NCBI GenBank assembly: GCA_963667175.2
Contig: CAXXXF010000017.1
Location: forward strand, 32,001-96,000
Source of the DNA: Candidatus Latescibacterota bacterium
GTDB lineage: Bacteria > Latescibacterota > UBA2968 > GCA-2709665
DNA length: 64,000 nt
Direction of reading: 5' to 3'
How positions within the stretch are numbered: position 1 is the stretch's first letter; every line of letters begins with the position of its first letter. The notes under the pieces were generated by a model. The model saw only the letters and a list, made by a program, of their open reading frames with translations, was not told where the DNA came from and did not search any database. This document shows positions 41,211 to 51,921 of this stretch, in pieces. The position numbers were made by a program, and so were the translations under genes.

Positions 41211-42077
41211 TCAGGCAGCCCGCTCGGCGGCCCGGGTAAGCGCCTGGCGGGTGAAGACCCTCGCCAGGTGCGCCCGGTAGTCCCCCGAGGCGTGATGGTC
41301 TTCCTGATAGTCATCGACGCCGTCGGCGGCCTTTTCGGCTGCCGCGGCGATGGTCTCGGCGTTGAGCGGTCCGCCCTGCAGCGCGGCTTCCGCGGCAGAT
41401 GCCCTGTAGGCCACCGCCGAAACGCCCGTCACGCCGATGGCGACCGACGCGCAGGCGCCGTTGCTCCGTGTGACCTGCGCGGCAACGCCGCAGATGGCGA
41501 ATCCCGAAGCCGACTGATGCATCTTGACGTACGCGCCTCCGGAGCCGGCCGGCGGCGTGGCGATGCGGATTCGGGTGAGGATTTCGTCGTCGCCGATGGC
41601 GGTGGTGAGCAGGTCTTCGAAGAAATCGCCGATGGCAACGCTCCGGTCGCCCCCGGGACCGGAGACGTCGAGTTCGGCGTTCAACGCCAGCATCGCGGCC
41701 GGCCAGTCCGCTGCGGGATCCGCGTGGACCAGGCTTCCGCCCACCGTGCCGCGATTGCGCACCTGGACGTCGCCGATCGCCGACGCGGTTTCAGGGAGCA
41801 GGCCGCATCTGGATTTCAGCAGCCGGTGGCTCTCCACCGTGTGGTGCGTCGCAAGGGCGCCGATCGAGATCGTTTCGTTTCCCGCGACGACCTTTCGAAG
41901 GCCCGAAATGCCGCCCAGGTCGATGAGGGTTGCCGGCGAGGCGAACCGCAGCTTCATCAGCGGGATGAGGCTGTGGCCGCCTGCCAGGATCTTCGCGTCG
42001 CCGCCGTGTTCCTGAAGCAGACTGAGCGCCTTTCTCAGGGTCTTCGGCGCGTGATAGTCGAACGGGCTGGGAATCAT
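41211..42077 (-). CDS. coxM: Molybdoenzyme FAD-binding subunit (CoxM/CutM)
   Basis: MIPSPFDYHAP, LAGGHSLIP.MKLR, IGDVQVRNRGT.GGS..HADP. Confidence 0.88.
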   Translation of the reverse strand: MIPSPFDYHAPKTLRKALSLLQEHGGDAKILAGGHSLIPLMKLRFASPATLIDLGGISGLRKVVAGNETISIGALATHHTVESHRLLKSRCGLLPETASAIGDVQVRNRGTVGGSLVHADPAADWPAAMLALNAELDVSGPGGDRSVAIGDFFEDLLTTAIGDDEILTRIRIATPPAGSGGAYVKMHQSASGFAICGVAAQVTRSNGACASVAIGVTGVSAVAYRASAAEAALQGGPLNAETIAAAAEKAADGVDDYQEDHHASGDYRAHLARVFTRQALTRAAERAA

Positions 42078-42177
42078 TGGCTTCTCTCCAGGTATCGAAG
42101 ATTTGAACATCCGCGCGGGCGCGTCCAACCGATCGTCGGCCGGTTTTCCGCGCGCCCTGACGGAACGGGCAGACGAC

Positions 42178-44508
42178 CTACCCCTGCATGAGTTTCCAGA
42201 GTTTTTCGGGACGCAGCGGCATGTCGATGTGCCGCACGCCGAACGGTTTGAGCGCGTCCACCACCGCGTTGACGATGGACGGCGTGGAGCCGATGGTGCC
42301 CGCCTCTCCCACGCCCTTGACGCCCATCGGATTCACCGGCGAGGGCGTGACCGTGTTGTCGAGCTCGAAGCGCGGGAAGTTGTGCGCCTTGGGCAGGGCA
42401 TAGTCCATGAACGTGCCGGTGAGCATCTGCCCGCTCTCGTCGTAGATGGCCTCTTCATATAGCGCCTGGCCCAGACCCTGGGCGATGCCCCCGTGGATCT
42501 GACCCTCGACGATCAGCGGGTTGATGATCTGGCCGCAGTCGTCAACGGCGATATACCGCAGGACGTCCACCTCTCCGGTGTCCGCGTCCACTTCCACGAT
42601 GGCAATGTGCGTGCCGAACGGGTAGGTGAAGTTGGACGGCTCGAAGAAATGGGTCGCCGCCATGCCCGGCTCGGTATCCGGCGGCAGATTCACACCCCCG
42701 TGTGCGGCCATGGATATCTCCGCCAGGGTGACGCCCTGGTCGGGCGAGCCCTTGACGCCGTACTTGCCGTCGTCGACGACGATGTCCTGCGGGTTGCTCT
42801 CCAGCAGGTGCGCGGCGATGTTGACGGCCTTTTCCTTGATCTTTTCCATCGCCATTACCATGGCCGTACCGCCCACCGCGGTCGCGCGGGAACCGAACGT
42901 GCCGATGCCGTACTGCACGGCTTCGGTATCGCCGTGGATGATCCGCACATCGTCGATATCCACCCCGAGACCGTCGGCGATGAGTTGCGCAAACGTGGTT
43001 TCCTGCCCCTGGCCGTGGGGCGAGACCCCGGTGAGAACGGTGACTTTGCCCGTCGGGTCCACCCTTACCGTGCCGCTCTCCCAACCGCCCGCTGGCATGG
43101 CCGCCGAGGGCCCCATGCCGCAGATCTCCACGTACGTGGAGAAGCCGATGCCCAGGTACCGGCCCTGTTCGCGGGCGTCCGCCTGCTCCTTGCGGAAGCC
43201 TTCGTAGTCGATCTTCCTGAGCGCCTTGTTGAGCGCGATCTCGTAGTCGCCGCTGTCGTAGGCGACTGCGGTGCCGGTTTCGAAGGGAAACTCGTCCTTG
43301 CCGATGAAGTTCCTTCGCCGGACCTCCAGGGGGTCCATGTCCAGATCGTGAGCCACGCAGTCCAGCATGCGTTCGATGAGGTACGTGGCTTCCGGCCTGC
43401 CCGCGCCCCGGTACGCGTCGGTGGCCATCTTGTTGGTGAAGGCCGCGGTGAGTTCCATCGAGACGTTCTGGAACCTGTAACAACCGCAGAGCATCAGCCC
43501 CGTGAGGGTGGGGATCGCGGGCGTGAGCAACTGGTAGTAGGCGCCCACGTCGGCCTCCACGGTATATTTGAGGCCCAGGATGGTTCCGTCGTTCTTGACG
43601 GGGATCTCCACGTCGCCGACCTGGTCTCGCCCGTGGATGGTGTGCAGGAAGTTCTCCCTCCGGCTTTCAATCCACTTGACCGGCCTCTTGAGCTGGATGG
43701 CCAGATAACCGACCAGGGCTTCCTCGGCGTAGACGTTCAGCTTGCAGCCGAATCCGCCGCCCACCTCGGGAGCGATGACCTGCACGAGTTGCTCTGGCCG
43801 GTTGAGAATGACCGAAAGCTGGGTCCTGAGCAGATGCGGGATCTGCGTGGACGACCAAACCGTGAGTTTTCCGTCACCTGGCTGAAATTGTGCGACCACA
43901 CCACGGGTTTCCAGCGGATTGGGCACCAGCCGCTGGTGGTTGAAACGCTGTTTGACCACGCGGTCGGCCTGGGCGAAGGCGTCGTCGATGTCGCCGCCGG
44001 CAATCGCCCATGTAAAGGCCTGGTTGCTGCCGAATTGTTCGTGCAGAAGCGGGGCGCCGTCAGCCAGCGCCGCCTCGGACGAGTTGACGGCGTCGAGCGG
44101 GTCGTAGTCCACCTCGATGAGTTCAGCCGCGTCCCTGGCGGCATATGAACTGTCGGCGACCACGGCCGCGACCGGCTCCCCGACGAACCGTACCTTACCG
44201 TGCGCCAGGACCGGATGATCCGGGACCTGGATGCCCGGAAAGCCCTCGGGGTCGGTGGTGGCGCAGGGAATGGCGCCGATGTTGTCCTTCAGATCGTCGC
44301 CGGTAACCACGGCCACCACGCCCGGATGCTCCGAGGCGGCCGAGGTGTCGATACCGCGGACGTGCGCGTGCCCGTACGGGCTGCGGAGCACGGCGACGTG
44401 CAGCGTACCGGGCAATTGGATGTCGTCTACGTATTGCGCAAGGCCCTGGATCAGCCGGGGATCTTCCCTGCGCTTGATTCTGGCGCCTACGGATTTGCTG
44501 ACAGGCAT
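42178..44508 (-). CDS. coxL: Xanthine oxidase-family Mo subunit, form II CoxL-like
   Basis: RREDPRL, GGGFG.K, AYRGAGRPEA, PHGQG.ET, TFGSR, KGVGEAG. Confidence 0.88.
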   Translation of the reverse strand: MPVSKSVGARIKRREDPRLIQGLAQYVDDIQLPGTLHVAVLRSPYGHAHVRGIDTSAASEHPGVVAVVTGDDLKDNIGAIPCATTDPEGFPGIQVPDHPVLAHGKVRFVGEPVAAVVADSSYAARDAAELIEVDYDPLDAVNSSEAALADGAPLLHEQFGSNQAFTWAIAGGDIDDAFAQADRVVKQRFNHQRLVPNPLETRGVVAQFQPGDGKLTVWSSTQIPHLLRTQLSVILNRPEQLVQVIAPEVGGGFGCKLNVYAEEALVGYLAIQLKRPVKWIESRRENFLHTIHGRDQVGDVEIPVKNDGTILGLKYTVEADVGAYYQLLTPAIPTLTGLMLCGCYRFQNVSMELTAAFTNKMATDAYRGAGRPEATYLIERMLDCVAHDLDMDPLEVRRRNFIGKDEFPFETGTAVAYDSGDYEIALNKALRKIDYEGFRKEQADAREQGRYLGIGFSTYVEICGMGPSAAMPAGGWESGTVRVDPTGKVTVLTGVSPHGQGQETTFAQLIADGLGVDIDDVRIIHGDTEAVQYGIGTFGSRATAVGGTAMVMAMEKIKEKAVNIAAHLLESNPQDIVVDDGKYGVKGSPDQGVTLAEISMAAHGGVNLPPDTEPGMAATHFFEPSNFTYPFGTHIAIVEVDADTGEVDVLRYIAVDDCGQIINPLIVEGQIHGGIAQGLGQALYEEAIYDESGQMLTGTFMDYALPKAHNFPRFELDNTVTPSPVNPMGVKGVGEAGTIGSTPSIVNAVVDALKPFGVRHIDMPLRPEKLWKLMQG

Positions 44509-44521
44509 GGAAGATCTCCTT

Positions 44522-44986
44522 TCAGGATCTCATCTTTCGGGCCGCGTACTGGACGGCGTCCACAATGTGCTGGTACCCGGTGCAGCGGCAGAGGTTGCCC
44601 TCGATGCCGCGACGGATCTGCGCCTCGGTGGGCCGCGAGTTGCGCTGCAACAACTGGTGGGCGGCGATGATCATTCCGGGCGTGCAGAAACCACACTGAA
44701 GGCCGTGACATTCCCAGAAGCCCTCCTGTACGGGATGAAGTTCGCCGTTTTCGGCCAGCCCCTCGATGGTGGTAATCTCGGCGCCGTGCGCCTGTACCGC
44801 GAGCAGAGTACAGGACTTCACAGCCTGCCCGTCGAGCATCACCGTGCAGGCGCCGCAAAGGCTGGTTTCGCAGCCGACGTGGGTGCCGGTAAGGCCGACG
44901 ACGTCGCGCAGATAATGCACAAGCAGCAGCCTGGGCTCCACATCGTGGCTGTTGCGCTCGCCGTTAATAGTGACTTCCACGTTCAC
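44522..44986 (-). CDS. coxS: [2Fe-2S] subunit (CoxS/CutS)
   Basis: [29 protein letters not shown]; GTG start after AAAGGAGGT. Confidence 0.9.
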   Translation of the reverse strand: MNVEVTINGERNSHDVEPRLLLVHYLRDVVGLTGTHVGCETSLCGACTVMLDGQAVKSCTLLAVQAHGAEITTIEGLAENGELHPVQEGFWECHGLQCGFCTPGMIIAAHQLLQRNSRPTEAQIRRGIEGNLCRCTGYQHIVDAVQYAARKMRS

Positions 44987-45316
44987 GGGCGACCTCCTTT
45001 TCTGATGATTTTCCGATAAATCGGTCCCGATGCAGCTCGAGTGCACGGGACGGATCTCGCAGGAACCGTGTGGTGAAAAGTACGCACAACTGTCGCGTCC
45101 GCGCAAGCGGATTCTGTCGGGCCGCAGGAAAGGCGCGCTGAGACGTCATTCTACAGATTCAGACGGGGTCGACGGGCTTGCCTTTTTGGACTCCCGTCTT
45201 TAATATTGTACCCGCGCGGCAGGTGAGGACTCCGGCGTCGCGAACCGGACGGTTCGAGGTCATTCAATCCGGGCTACCGTCTGTTTTTTCGTACGCGTCC
45301 TTCGAAGGAACGAGTC

Positions 45317-46078
45317 ATGGATCACAAACTCTATTACGTGGCCGACCCCATGTGTTCGTGGTGCTGGGGGTTCCGTCCGGTGCTTCAGGAAATCGTGGCG
45401 GCGCTTCCGGATTCCATCCCGGTGGGTTACGTGATGGGCGGGCTGGCCAGGGATTCGGACGATCCGATGCCGGAAGAGACCCGCGCGTACGTGCAGATGA
45501 ACTGGCGTGAGGTCACAGAGACGACGGGGGCCGATTTCAACTGGGACTTCTGGCGCAAATGCAGACCTCGCCGGTCGACCTATCCCGCCTGCCGCGCGGT
45601 GCTGGCGGCAGGGGCGCAGCGGGAAGACGCCGTGCCGGAGATGTTCGACGCCATCCAGCGGGCGTATTACCGGGAGGCGCGGAACCCCTCGGATATCGAC
45701 ACGCTGACCGCGGTTGCCGGGTCGCTTTCTCCGCCGCTGGACGCGGATCGGTTCGACCGGGACATCCGGTCGCCGGAGATCGAAGGGGAATTGCAGGCGG
45801 GTTTCAACCTGCGCAGGTCGATGGGGGTGCGGGAGTTTCCCAGCGTGGTCGTGAAACGGGGCGGCGCGCAGATGGACGTCGTCCGCGGATGGGCGGACGC
45901 CGGGACGGCGATGGCGAAATTAGATGGAAGCGATAGGCGGGAAGAGGTTAGAAGGCAGAAGGAAGAACGAAGAAGGAGGAAGGAAAAACTGAAAACCGGT
46001 GAAGACGGGAGACGGGAGACGGTAGATGACATCCTTCCCCGATTGGTTCATACTCATTGCCTCCGGCAAGTAAGTTGA
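45317..46078 (+). CDS. DsbA-family (protein disulfide isomerase-like) protein; C-terminal tail reads through repeats
   Basis: DPMCSWCWGF, STYPACRAV, GVREFPS; the last ~45 aa overlap heptamer repeats. Confidence 0.8.
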   Translation: MDHKLYYVADPMCSWCWGFRPVLQEIVAALPDSIPVGYVMGGLARDSDDPMPEETRAYVQMNWREVTETTGADFNWDFWRKCRPRRSTYPACRAVLAAGAQREDAVPEMFDAIQRAYYREARNPSDIDTLTAVAGSLSPPLDADRFDRDIRSPEIEGELQAGFNLRRSMGVREFPSVVVKRGGAQMDVVRGWADAGTAMAKLDGSDRREEVRRQKEERRRRKEKLKTGEDGRRETVDDILPRLVHTHCLRQVS

Positions 46079-46180
46079 AACCATACCAGGGCAGATCACA
46101 TTCTCTCCCGTCTCACCTCTACCCTCTCCCCGTCTTTAGGGCGCTGATAACATCTCACAGTCTTACGTCTTACCTCTACC
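45950..46180. repeat. Heptamer tandem repeats plus ~130-bp element copy 2
   Basis: AGAAGGA-like x5, AGACGGG x3, inverse CTCCCGT/TCTTACG units; core homologous to 40011-40145. Confidence 0.6.
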
Positions 46181-46256
46181 AGGATCCAGATTTAGACTTA
46201 CACAGTACACATTTCCACGTAGTGTTTAACTCAAACATTTCAAGGAGGTTATCGAA

Positions 46257-46718
46257 ATGGCTGAAAGTGAATCCATCTCCCAGGAGCAGATGAACGAGTT
46301 TCTGTTCACGCAGGTCGTGCTGATGTTTCAGGGGGCAGCCTGGCAGCATCTGGGCAAGGTGATGAACCCGGCGAGCAACAAGGTGGAACGGGATCTCGCG
46401 CAGGCGAAGAACACCATTGATATCCTGGGCATGCTGCAGGCGAAGACGAAGGGCAATCTCAGCGACAACGAACAGAAGTTTCTGGAACACGCGCTGTACG
46501 AGTTGAGGATGAACTACGTGGACGAAGCGAACAAGGGTCCGGACGAGGCGGAGACCTCCGCAGGTGAGGCCGATGGGGACGCGGCCGACGCCGAAGCGAC
46601 TGCCGGGGAAGGCGGCGAAGATGCCGCCGAAGGCGCTGAGGCCGAGGCGCCGAAGGAAGCAGCGTCAGTGGAAGCGGCGGAGGAGGACGCGTCGGACGCT
46701 AAGGAGGAAACGGATTGA
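46257..46718 (+). CDS. DUF1844-like protein with acidic tail
   Basis: LGK..NP....ERDL.QAK.TID.L.ML..KTKGNL..E..L..LRMNYV. Confidence 0.75.
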   Translation: MAESESISQEQMNEFLFTQVVLMFQGAAWQHLGKVMNPASNKVERDLAQAKNTIDILGMLQAKTKGNLSDNEQKFLEHALYELRMNYVDEANKGPDEAETSAGEADGDAADAEATAGEGGEDAAEGAEAEAPKEAASVEAAEEDASDAKEETD

Positions 46719-47212
46719 CGCGTTCTCTCCTTCCCTGCGCCGTGCTGGTCATGTTCTGGCTGGGCGGATGCGCGTACTATTCGACCTCCGCAACCGGCGG
46801 ATCGGGCTTCCGCTCGGTGGCCATTCCGCTGATGGAGAACGAGAGCCTGGAGCCGGAGATCCAGCAGGCGCTCACGGACAGCCTGATCCAGGCGTTCATC
46901 CAGGACGCGGCGCTGCGCGTGACGGACGAGGACCGCGCGGACGTCGTGCTTCGCGGCACGATTGTCGAGGTGCGGGACGATCCGTTCACCTACCGCGGCC
47001 AGGAGGACCAGTTCCAGATTTCGGTCTTCCTGGACGTGAGCTGCTACGACGTGAAGAACAAGAAGCTGCTGTGGGAGGAGAAGCGCCTGAAGGGATACGG
47101 CATCTACAGCGCCGCCGGCCAGCGCGAGGACGCCCGCCACGCGGGCCTCGGCGCCGCGTTCGACATCCTCACACGGGATATCGTGGATAGGACGCAGGTT
47201 GGCGGGTGGTAG
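46715..47212 (+). CDS. lptE: LptE-family lipoprotein
   Basis: Lipobox LGGC, SVAIP..EN, LTD.L, ADVVL.GTI, ends IVDRTQVGGW. Confidence 0.7.
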   Translation: MTRSLLPCAVLVMFWLGGCAYYSTSATGGSGFRSVAIPLMENESLEPEIQQALTDSLIQAFIQDAALRVTDEDRADVVLRGTIVEVRDDPFTYRGQEDQFQISVFLDVSCYDVKNKKLLWEEKRLKGYGIYSAAGQREDARHAGLGAAFDILTRDIVDRTQVGGW

Positions 47213-47245
47213 CGAGAGACCATATTCTCACGACCGGAGCTTGCG

Positions 47246-47467
47246 ATGACAAGACAGTTGACTGCAATTATAGAACGCGAAGGCGATGGATACGTCGCCC
47301 TCTGCCCTGAGGTGGACATTGCGAGTCAGGGTGCAACCGTTTCTGAAGCAAGGGGAAACCTGAAGGAGGCGTTGGAGCTGTTCCTGGAGACGGCATCAGA
47401 TACTGAGATCAAGCAACGCCTGCACGAGGAAGTGTACGTCACCCAGGTGGAGGTTGCCATTGGTTAG
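47246..47467 (+). CDS. hicB: HicB-family antitoxin
   Basis: IIEREGDGYVA.CPE.DIASQG.TV.EA..NL.EALELF. Confidence 0.88.
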   Translation: MTRQLTAIIEREGDGYVALCPEVDIASQGATVSEARGNLKEALELFLETASDTEIKQRLHEEVYVTQVEVAIG

Positions 47468-47678
47468 GCTTCGGGTATTGTCGGGACGCGAAACCTGTGA
47501 AATACTCGCGGACCACGGGTTTACCGAAGTCCGGCGCAGGAGCAGCCACGTCGTCATGCAGAAGATCGCATCCGAGAGTACGATCACTGTCCCGGTTCCT
47601 GACCACAAGGAACTACGAAAAGGGACACTGATGGCAATCATTCGGCAATCGGGGCTACCACGAACGCTGTTCGAGTAA
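47460..47678 (+). CDS. hicA: HicA-family toxin
   Basis: LSGRE..IL..HGF..VRR.SSH, VPVPDH.EL..GTL..IIRQSG; overlaps hicB. Confidence 0.88.
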   Translation: MVRLRVLSGRETCEILADHGFTEVRRRSSHVVMQKIASESTITVPVPDHKELRKGTLMAIIRQSGLPRTLFE

Positions 47679-47697
47679 GACGCTTGAAACAGGGGAC

Positions 47698-47931
47698 CAT
47701 GGACATAGCCGGACAGACCGGATAAAAGCATGCGAACAAAAAAGCGGTTCAACGGCGAAAGTCACGCCGATCAGATCGGGAGTCGCTGCTGAGGAAGAGA
47801 CACGATCAACTCATACGGTTTTTCCTGTACATTCTTTAGTGGTCCTGGTTTGCCCCTTTTGTGTTCTTTGTGCCTTTTGTGGCTTTCGTAGATTTTCGTG
47901 TTTTATCCTGTTCATCCTGTCCATCCATGTT
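47698..47931. repeat. Inverted pair of CATGGATGGACAGGATGAACAGGATAAAA-type repeats (47698-47727 +, degenerate; 47901-47931 -) plus CACAAAGAA-like nonamers
   Basis: Read directly; same motif at 51271, 51875 and 53158. Confidence 0.7.
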
Positions 47932-47955
47932 GGTTAATTTCTGATAAGACATCAA

Positions 47956-50484
47956 ATGAACGAAGCAGCGGCGAGGATCAAGATCAACAAACTGCTCGAG
48001 GCGGCGGGGTGGCGGTTCTTCGATGATGAAGGCAAGCCCGCCAACGTTCGCGTCGAAGCGAGCGTCAAGCTGAAGAAAGCCGACCTGGACGCATTGGGCG
48101 AAGACTTCGAGAACGCGACGGGACACATAGACTTCCTCCTCCTTGACGCAAAAGGCTTCCCGCTCATCGTCCTGGAGGCCAAGTCGGAGGACAAGAACCC
48201 GCTGGTGGGCAAGGAACAGGCGCGGAAGTACGCCCGCTCTCAGAACTGCCGCTTCGTTATCCTGTCAAACGGCAATCTGCATTACTTCTGGGACCTCGAG
48301 AGAGGCAATCCGTACCTCATCACCTCGTTCCCCACGCCGGACTCCGTTACCAACTACAACAAAGTCCGGCCCAACCCCCAGCGCCTGGTCGATGAGCCCG
48401 TCAGCGAGGATTACATCGTACTCACCCTGCGGCCGAATTATGCCTCGGAAGCGGCGTGGACAAACGAGGCTGAACGCCCCGCTTTCATCAAATCCAACAA
48501 ACTGAGTTTCCTGCGCCCCTACCAGCTCCGGGCCGTTCATGCGCTTCAGCGTGCGGTAAAGGACGGGAAGGACCGGTTCCTGTTCGAGATGGCCACCGGA
48601 ACGGGCAAGACCCTTGTCTCAGCCGCGGTGATCAAGCTCTTTCTGCGCTCCGGCAATGCCTCCCGCGCGCTGTTTCTCGTCGACCGGCTGGAACTCGAGG
48701 AGCAGGCGCGGAAGGTCTTCACCGCCCTGCTTTCGGCGGACTTCCAGACGGTGATCTACAAGGAACGGCGCGACGACTGGCGGTCCGCCGAAATCGTCGT
48801 CACGACGGTCCAGTCGCTGCTGTTCAATAACAAGTACCAGTCGCTTTTCTCCCCCACCGACTTCGACCTCGTCATCTCCGACGAAGCGCACCGGTCCATC
48901 GGCGGCAACGCCCGGTCCGTGTTCGACTATTTCGTCGGGTACAAACTGGGCCTGACCGCGACCCCCCGGGACTATCTGAAGGGATTCGACGATTCCCGCC
49001 CGACCACGCGGGACCCGCGCGAAGCCGAACGCCGTTTGCTCCTGGACACCTACCGCACCTTCGGGTGTGAAAGCGGGCAGCCCACGTTCAAGTACTCCCT
49101 GCTCGACGGCGTGAAGGACGGCTATCTGATCAACCCGACGGTCGTGGACGCGCGAACGAAAGTGACCACGGAGTTACTTTCGGAACAGGGATTTGTCGTC
49201 TCCTTTACGGACGATGAGGGAGAAGAACAGGAAGAGGCCTACAAAAAGCGTGAGTTCGAGAAGCGATTCTACTCCGACGCGACCAACCAGCTGTTCTGTA
49301 AGACTTTTCTTGAGAACGCGATCCGGGATCCGGTCAGCGGAGAAATCGGCAAGTCCATTATCTTCGCCGTCAGTCAGAAGCACGCGGCAAGATTGACTCA
49401 GATCCTCAACGCAATAGCCCACATGATGTTTCCGGACAGATACCAGTCGGACTTTGCCGTGCAGGTCACGTCGCAGATCACGGATGCCCAACAGTTTACC
49501 GTGAATTTCAGCAACAACAACCTGCTCGGTTCCGGCAACTTCCTCCCTGAGTATCTGACGAGCAAATCGAGGGTCTGCGTCACGGTCGGCATGATGACCA
49601 CGGGGTACGATTGCACGGATATTCTGAACCTGGGTCTGTTCCGCCCGATCTTCTCGCCCACCGACTTCATCCAGATCAAGGGGAGAGGCACAAGGAAGCA
49701 TAACTTCCTCGAACAGTCGCTTAATCCGGCGATCGCGGAACGCGTAGACGAGCCCGATAAGACCGCGTTCAAACTGTTCGACTTCTTTGCCAATTGCGAA
49801 TACTTCGAAGCGGAGTTTAACTACGACGAAGTGTTGGGATTGCCTGTCTTCAAAGACGCCCATGAACGAGAGGACTCGGAATCACAGAGTGCGGACGTGG
49901 GTACGTATGAGTACCTGGGGAGAGACATCCTGTCGACCATCAAGGTCGAGGCCGTCGGTGAGGAAGGGATGAAGATCGACCGGATGTTCTTCGAGAAATT
50001 CGAGGATGCCGTCCGGAAGGACGACGTCATTGCGCAGGCCGTTGAGGCGGGGCAGTGGGACCGGGTCATCGACTACGTCAACCGGGAAGTCTTCGACCGG
50101 CCCGAGGAGTTTTACACGCTCGAAAAGCTGCGCAAAGCAGCGGCCGTGGACCGGCGGATCACCCTTCGGGAGATTCTGGAGAAGGTGTTCGGGCTGATCC
50201 CCCGATTCAAATCCAAGGACGAAATGCTGGAAGAGGAATTCGGGAAGTTCGTGGCCGACTACACCCCCGAACAGGTCGATGCCATCCCCGCGATCAAGAA
50301 TTACTTCAAGGCGTACGTCACCAGCGACCAGATCCGCCACATCATCGAAAACCGGGACTACACCGGCCTGGCCACCAACCCCGTACTCTCAATGAAGGAC
50401 CTTGGCGCCGTACCGGAGAAATACCGCAAACTCGTCCCCGAATACGTTAAGGACTACGTCCCGCTAAATCAATTCGCCGCGTAG
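47956..50484 (+). CDS. hsdR: Type I restriction enzyme R subunit (EcoEI-like DEAH helicase/nuclease)
   Basis: IDFLL..LEAK nuclease motif, LRPYQ, MATGTGKT, LFLVDR, DEAHRS, GLTATP, TTGYD, QIKGRGTR. Confidence 0.9.
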   Translation: MNEAAARIKINKLLEAAGWRFFDDEGKPANVRVEASVKLKKADLDALGEDFENATGHIDFLLLDAKGFPLIVLEAKSEDKNPLVGKEQARKYARSQNCRFVILSNGNLHYFWDLERGNPYLITSFPTPDSVTNYNKVRPNPQRLVDEPVSEDYIVLTLRPNYASEAAWTNEAERPAFIKSNKLSFLRPYQLRAVHALQRAVKDGKDRFLFEMATGTGKTLVSAAVIKLFLRSGNASRALFLVDRLELEEQARKVFTALLSADFQTVIYKERRDDWRSAEIVVTTVQSLLFNNKYQSLFSPTDFDLVISDEAHRSIGGNARSVFDYFVGYKLGLTATPRDYLKGFDDSRPTTRDPREAERRLLLDTYRTFGCESGQPTFKYSLLDGVKDGYLINPTVVDARTKVTTELLSEQGFVVSFTDDEGEEQEEAYKKREFEKRFYSDATNQLFCKTFLENAIRDPVSGEIGKSIIFAVSQKHAARLTQILNAIAHMMFPDRYQSDFAVQVTSQITDAQQFTVNFSNNNLLGSGNFLPEYLTSKSRVCVTVGMMTTGYDCTDILNLGLFRPIFSPTDFIQIKGRGTRKHNFLEQSLNPAIAERVDEPDKTAFKLFDFFANCEYFEAEFNYDEVLGLPVFKDAHEREDSESQSADVGTYEYLGRDILSTIKVEAVGEEGMKIDRMFFEKFEDAVRKDDVIAQAVEAGQWDRVIDYVNREVFDRPEEFYTLEKLRKAAAVDRRITLREILEKVFGLIPRFKSKDEMLEEEFGKFVADYTPEQVDAIPAIKNYFKAYVTSDQIRHIIENRDYTGLATNPVLSMKDLGAVPEKYRKLVPEYVKDYVPLNQFAA

Positions 50485-50512
50485 AATCTTTAATACAAAG
50501 AGCCGGAACTTA

Positions 50513-51270
<758 letters not shown>

Positions 51271-51405
51271 CATGGATGAACAGGATGGACAGGATAAAAC
51301 CAAAAGGCACGAAAAAACGAACTTCAGAAACTACGAAACACGCGAAAAAGCGCGAAAAATGCACGAGAAAAAACCGAAAAGCACGACAAAGGCGCGAGAA
51401 AACGA
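51271..51405 (+). repeat. Boundary repeat (intron 5' exon) followed by CACGAAAAA-like nonamer repeats
   Basis: CATGGATGAACAGGATGGACAGGATAAAA, then CACGAAAAAA/CTACGAAAC/CGCGAAAAA units. Confidence 0.7.
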
Positions 51406-51614
51406 GGAACGGCTGGGAATCGATTCACCATAGAACGCGGGTCATCACTCCGCCCACCCCGAAACCCCAGCGTTTGCCGGCCAGCCCGACTCCGGATTCT
51501 TAATGGATTTCGTTACATTTTCCGCTGATGTTATTGAAAATCAACCGATTATATAACAAATCCACCTGTTTTCATGGATAATTCGAGATAAACCTCAACT
51601 TTTTTCTCAAATAC

Positions 51615-51647
51615 AAAAAAAATCCCACGAGCCGAAACCCGTGGGGC
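51615..51647 (-). terminator. Intrinsic terminator (minus strand)
   Basis: CCCACGGG-TTTCGG-CTCGTGGG followed by A and a T run on the minus strand. Confidence 0.55.
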
Positions 51648-51874
51648 CTGCAATAAGACATTATAGTCGATTTGCAAGAGCCAATAAAACATCCAGACAA
51701 ACACAATATACATTGAAAATCACATGAAAACAAGACTCTTTCTCAACGAAGTTCTGCATTCTCGAACCGTCAATTACAAGGCAGTGTTCAGCAACAAGCT
51801 CCGGATGATGAATACAACTGCAGCGGCTGGAATCGTTGATGCGTTGGCTGAACCCGATGTTTTTGGTCCAGTGC

Positions 51875-51909
51875 TTTTATCCTGTTCATCTTGTCCATCC
51901 ATGTAAGTT
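51875..51909 (-). repeat. Uninterrupted boundary repeat just upstream of hsdM
   Basis: Minus strand AACTTACATGGATGGACAAGATGAACAGGATAAAA matches the reconstituted intron target. Confidence 0.75.
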
Positions 51910-51921
51910 TGAGGTTTTTCG

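Noticed and set aside
42178-44508. Bona fide aerobic CO dehydrogenase
   Set aside because: The active-site loop is AYRGAGR (form II), not AYRCSFR, and the order is S-L-M; CO oxidation is unsupported.
184-47200. Numerous long antisense or alternate-frame ORFs (e.g. 16832-18568 -, 37457-39196 -, 42493-44148 +, 30306-30977 -)
   Set aside because: Shadow ORFs expected in high-GC DNA opposite well-supported genes; no recognisable motifs.
51724-51906. 60-aa ORF between the inverted repeats as a real gene or GxxExxY remnant
   Set aside because: Only a vague resemblance; its end is just the translated repeat.
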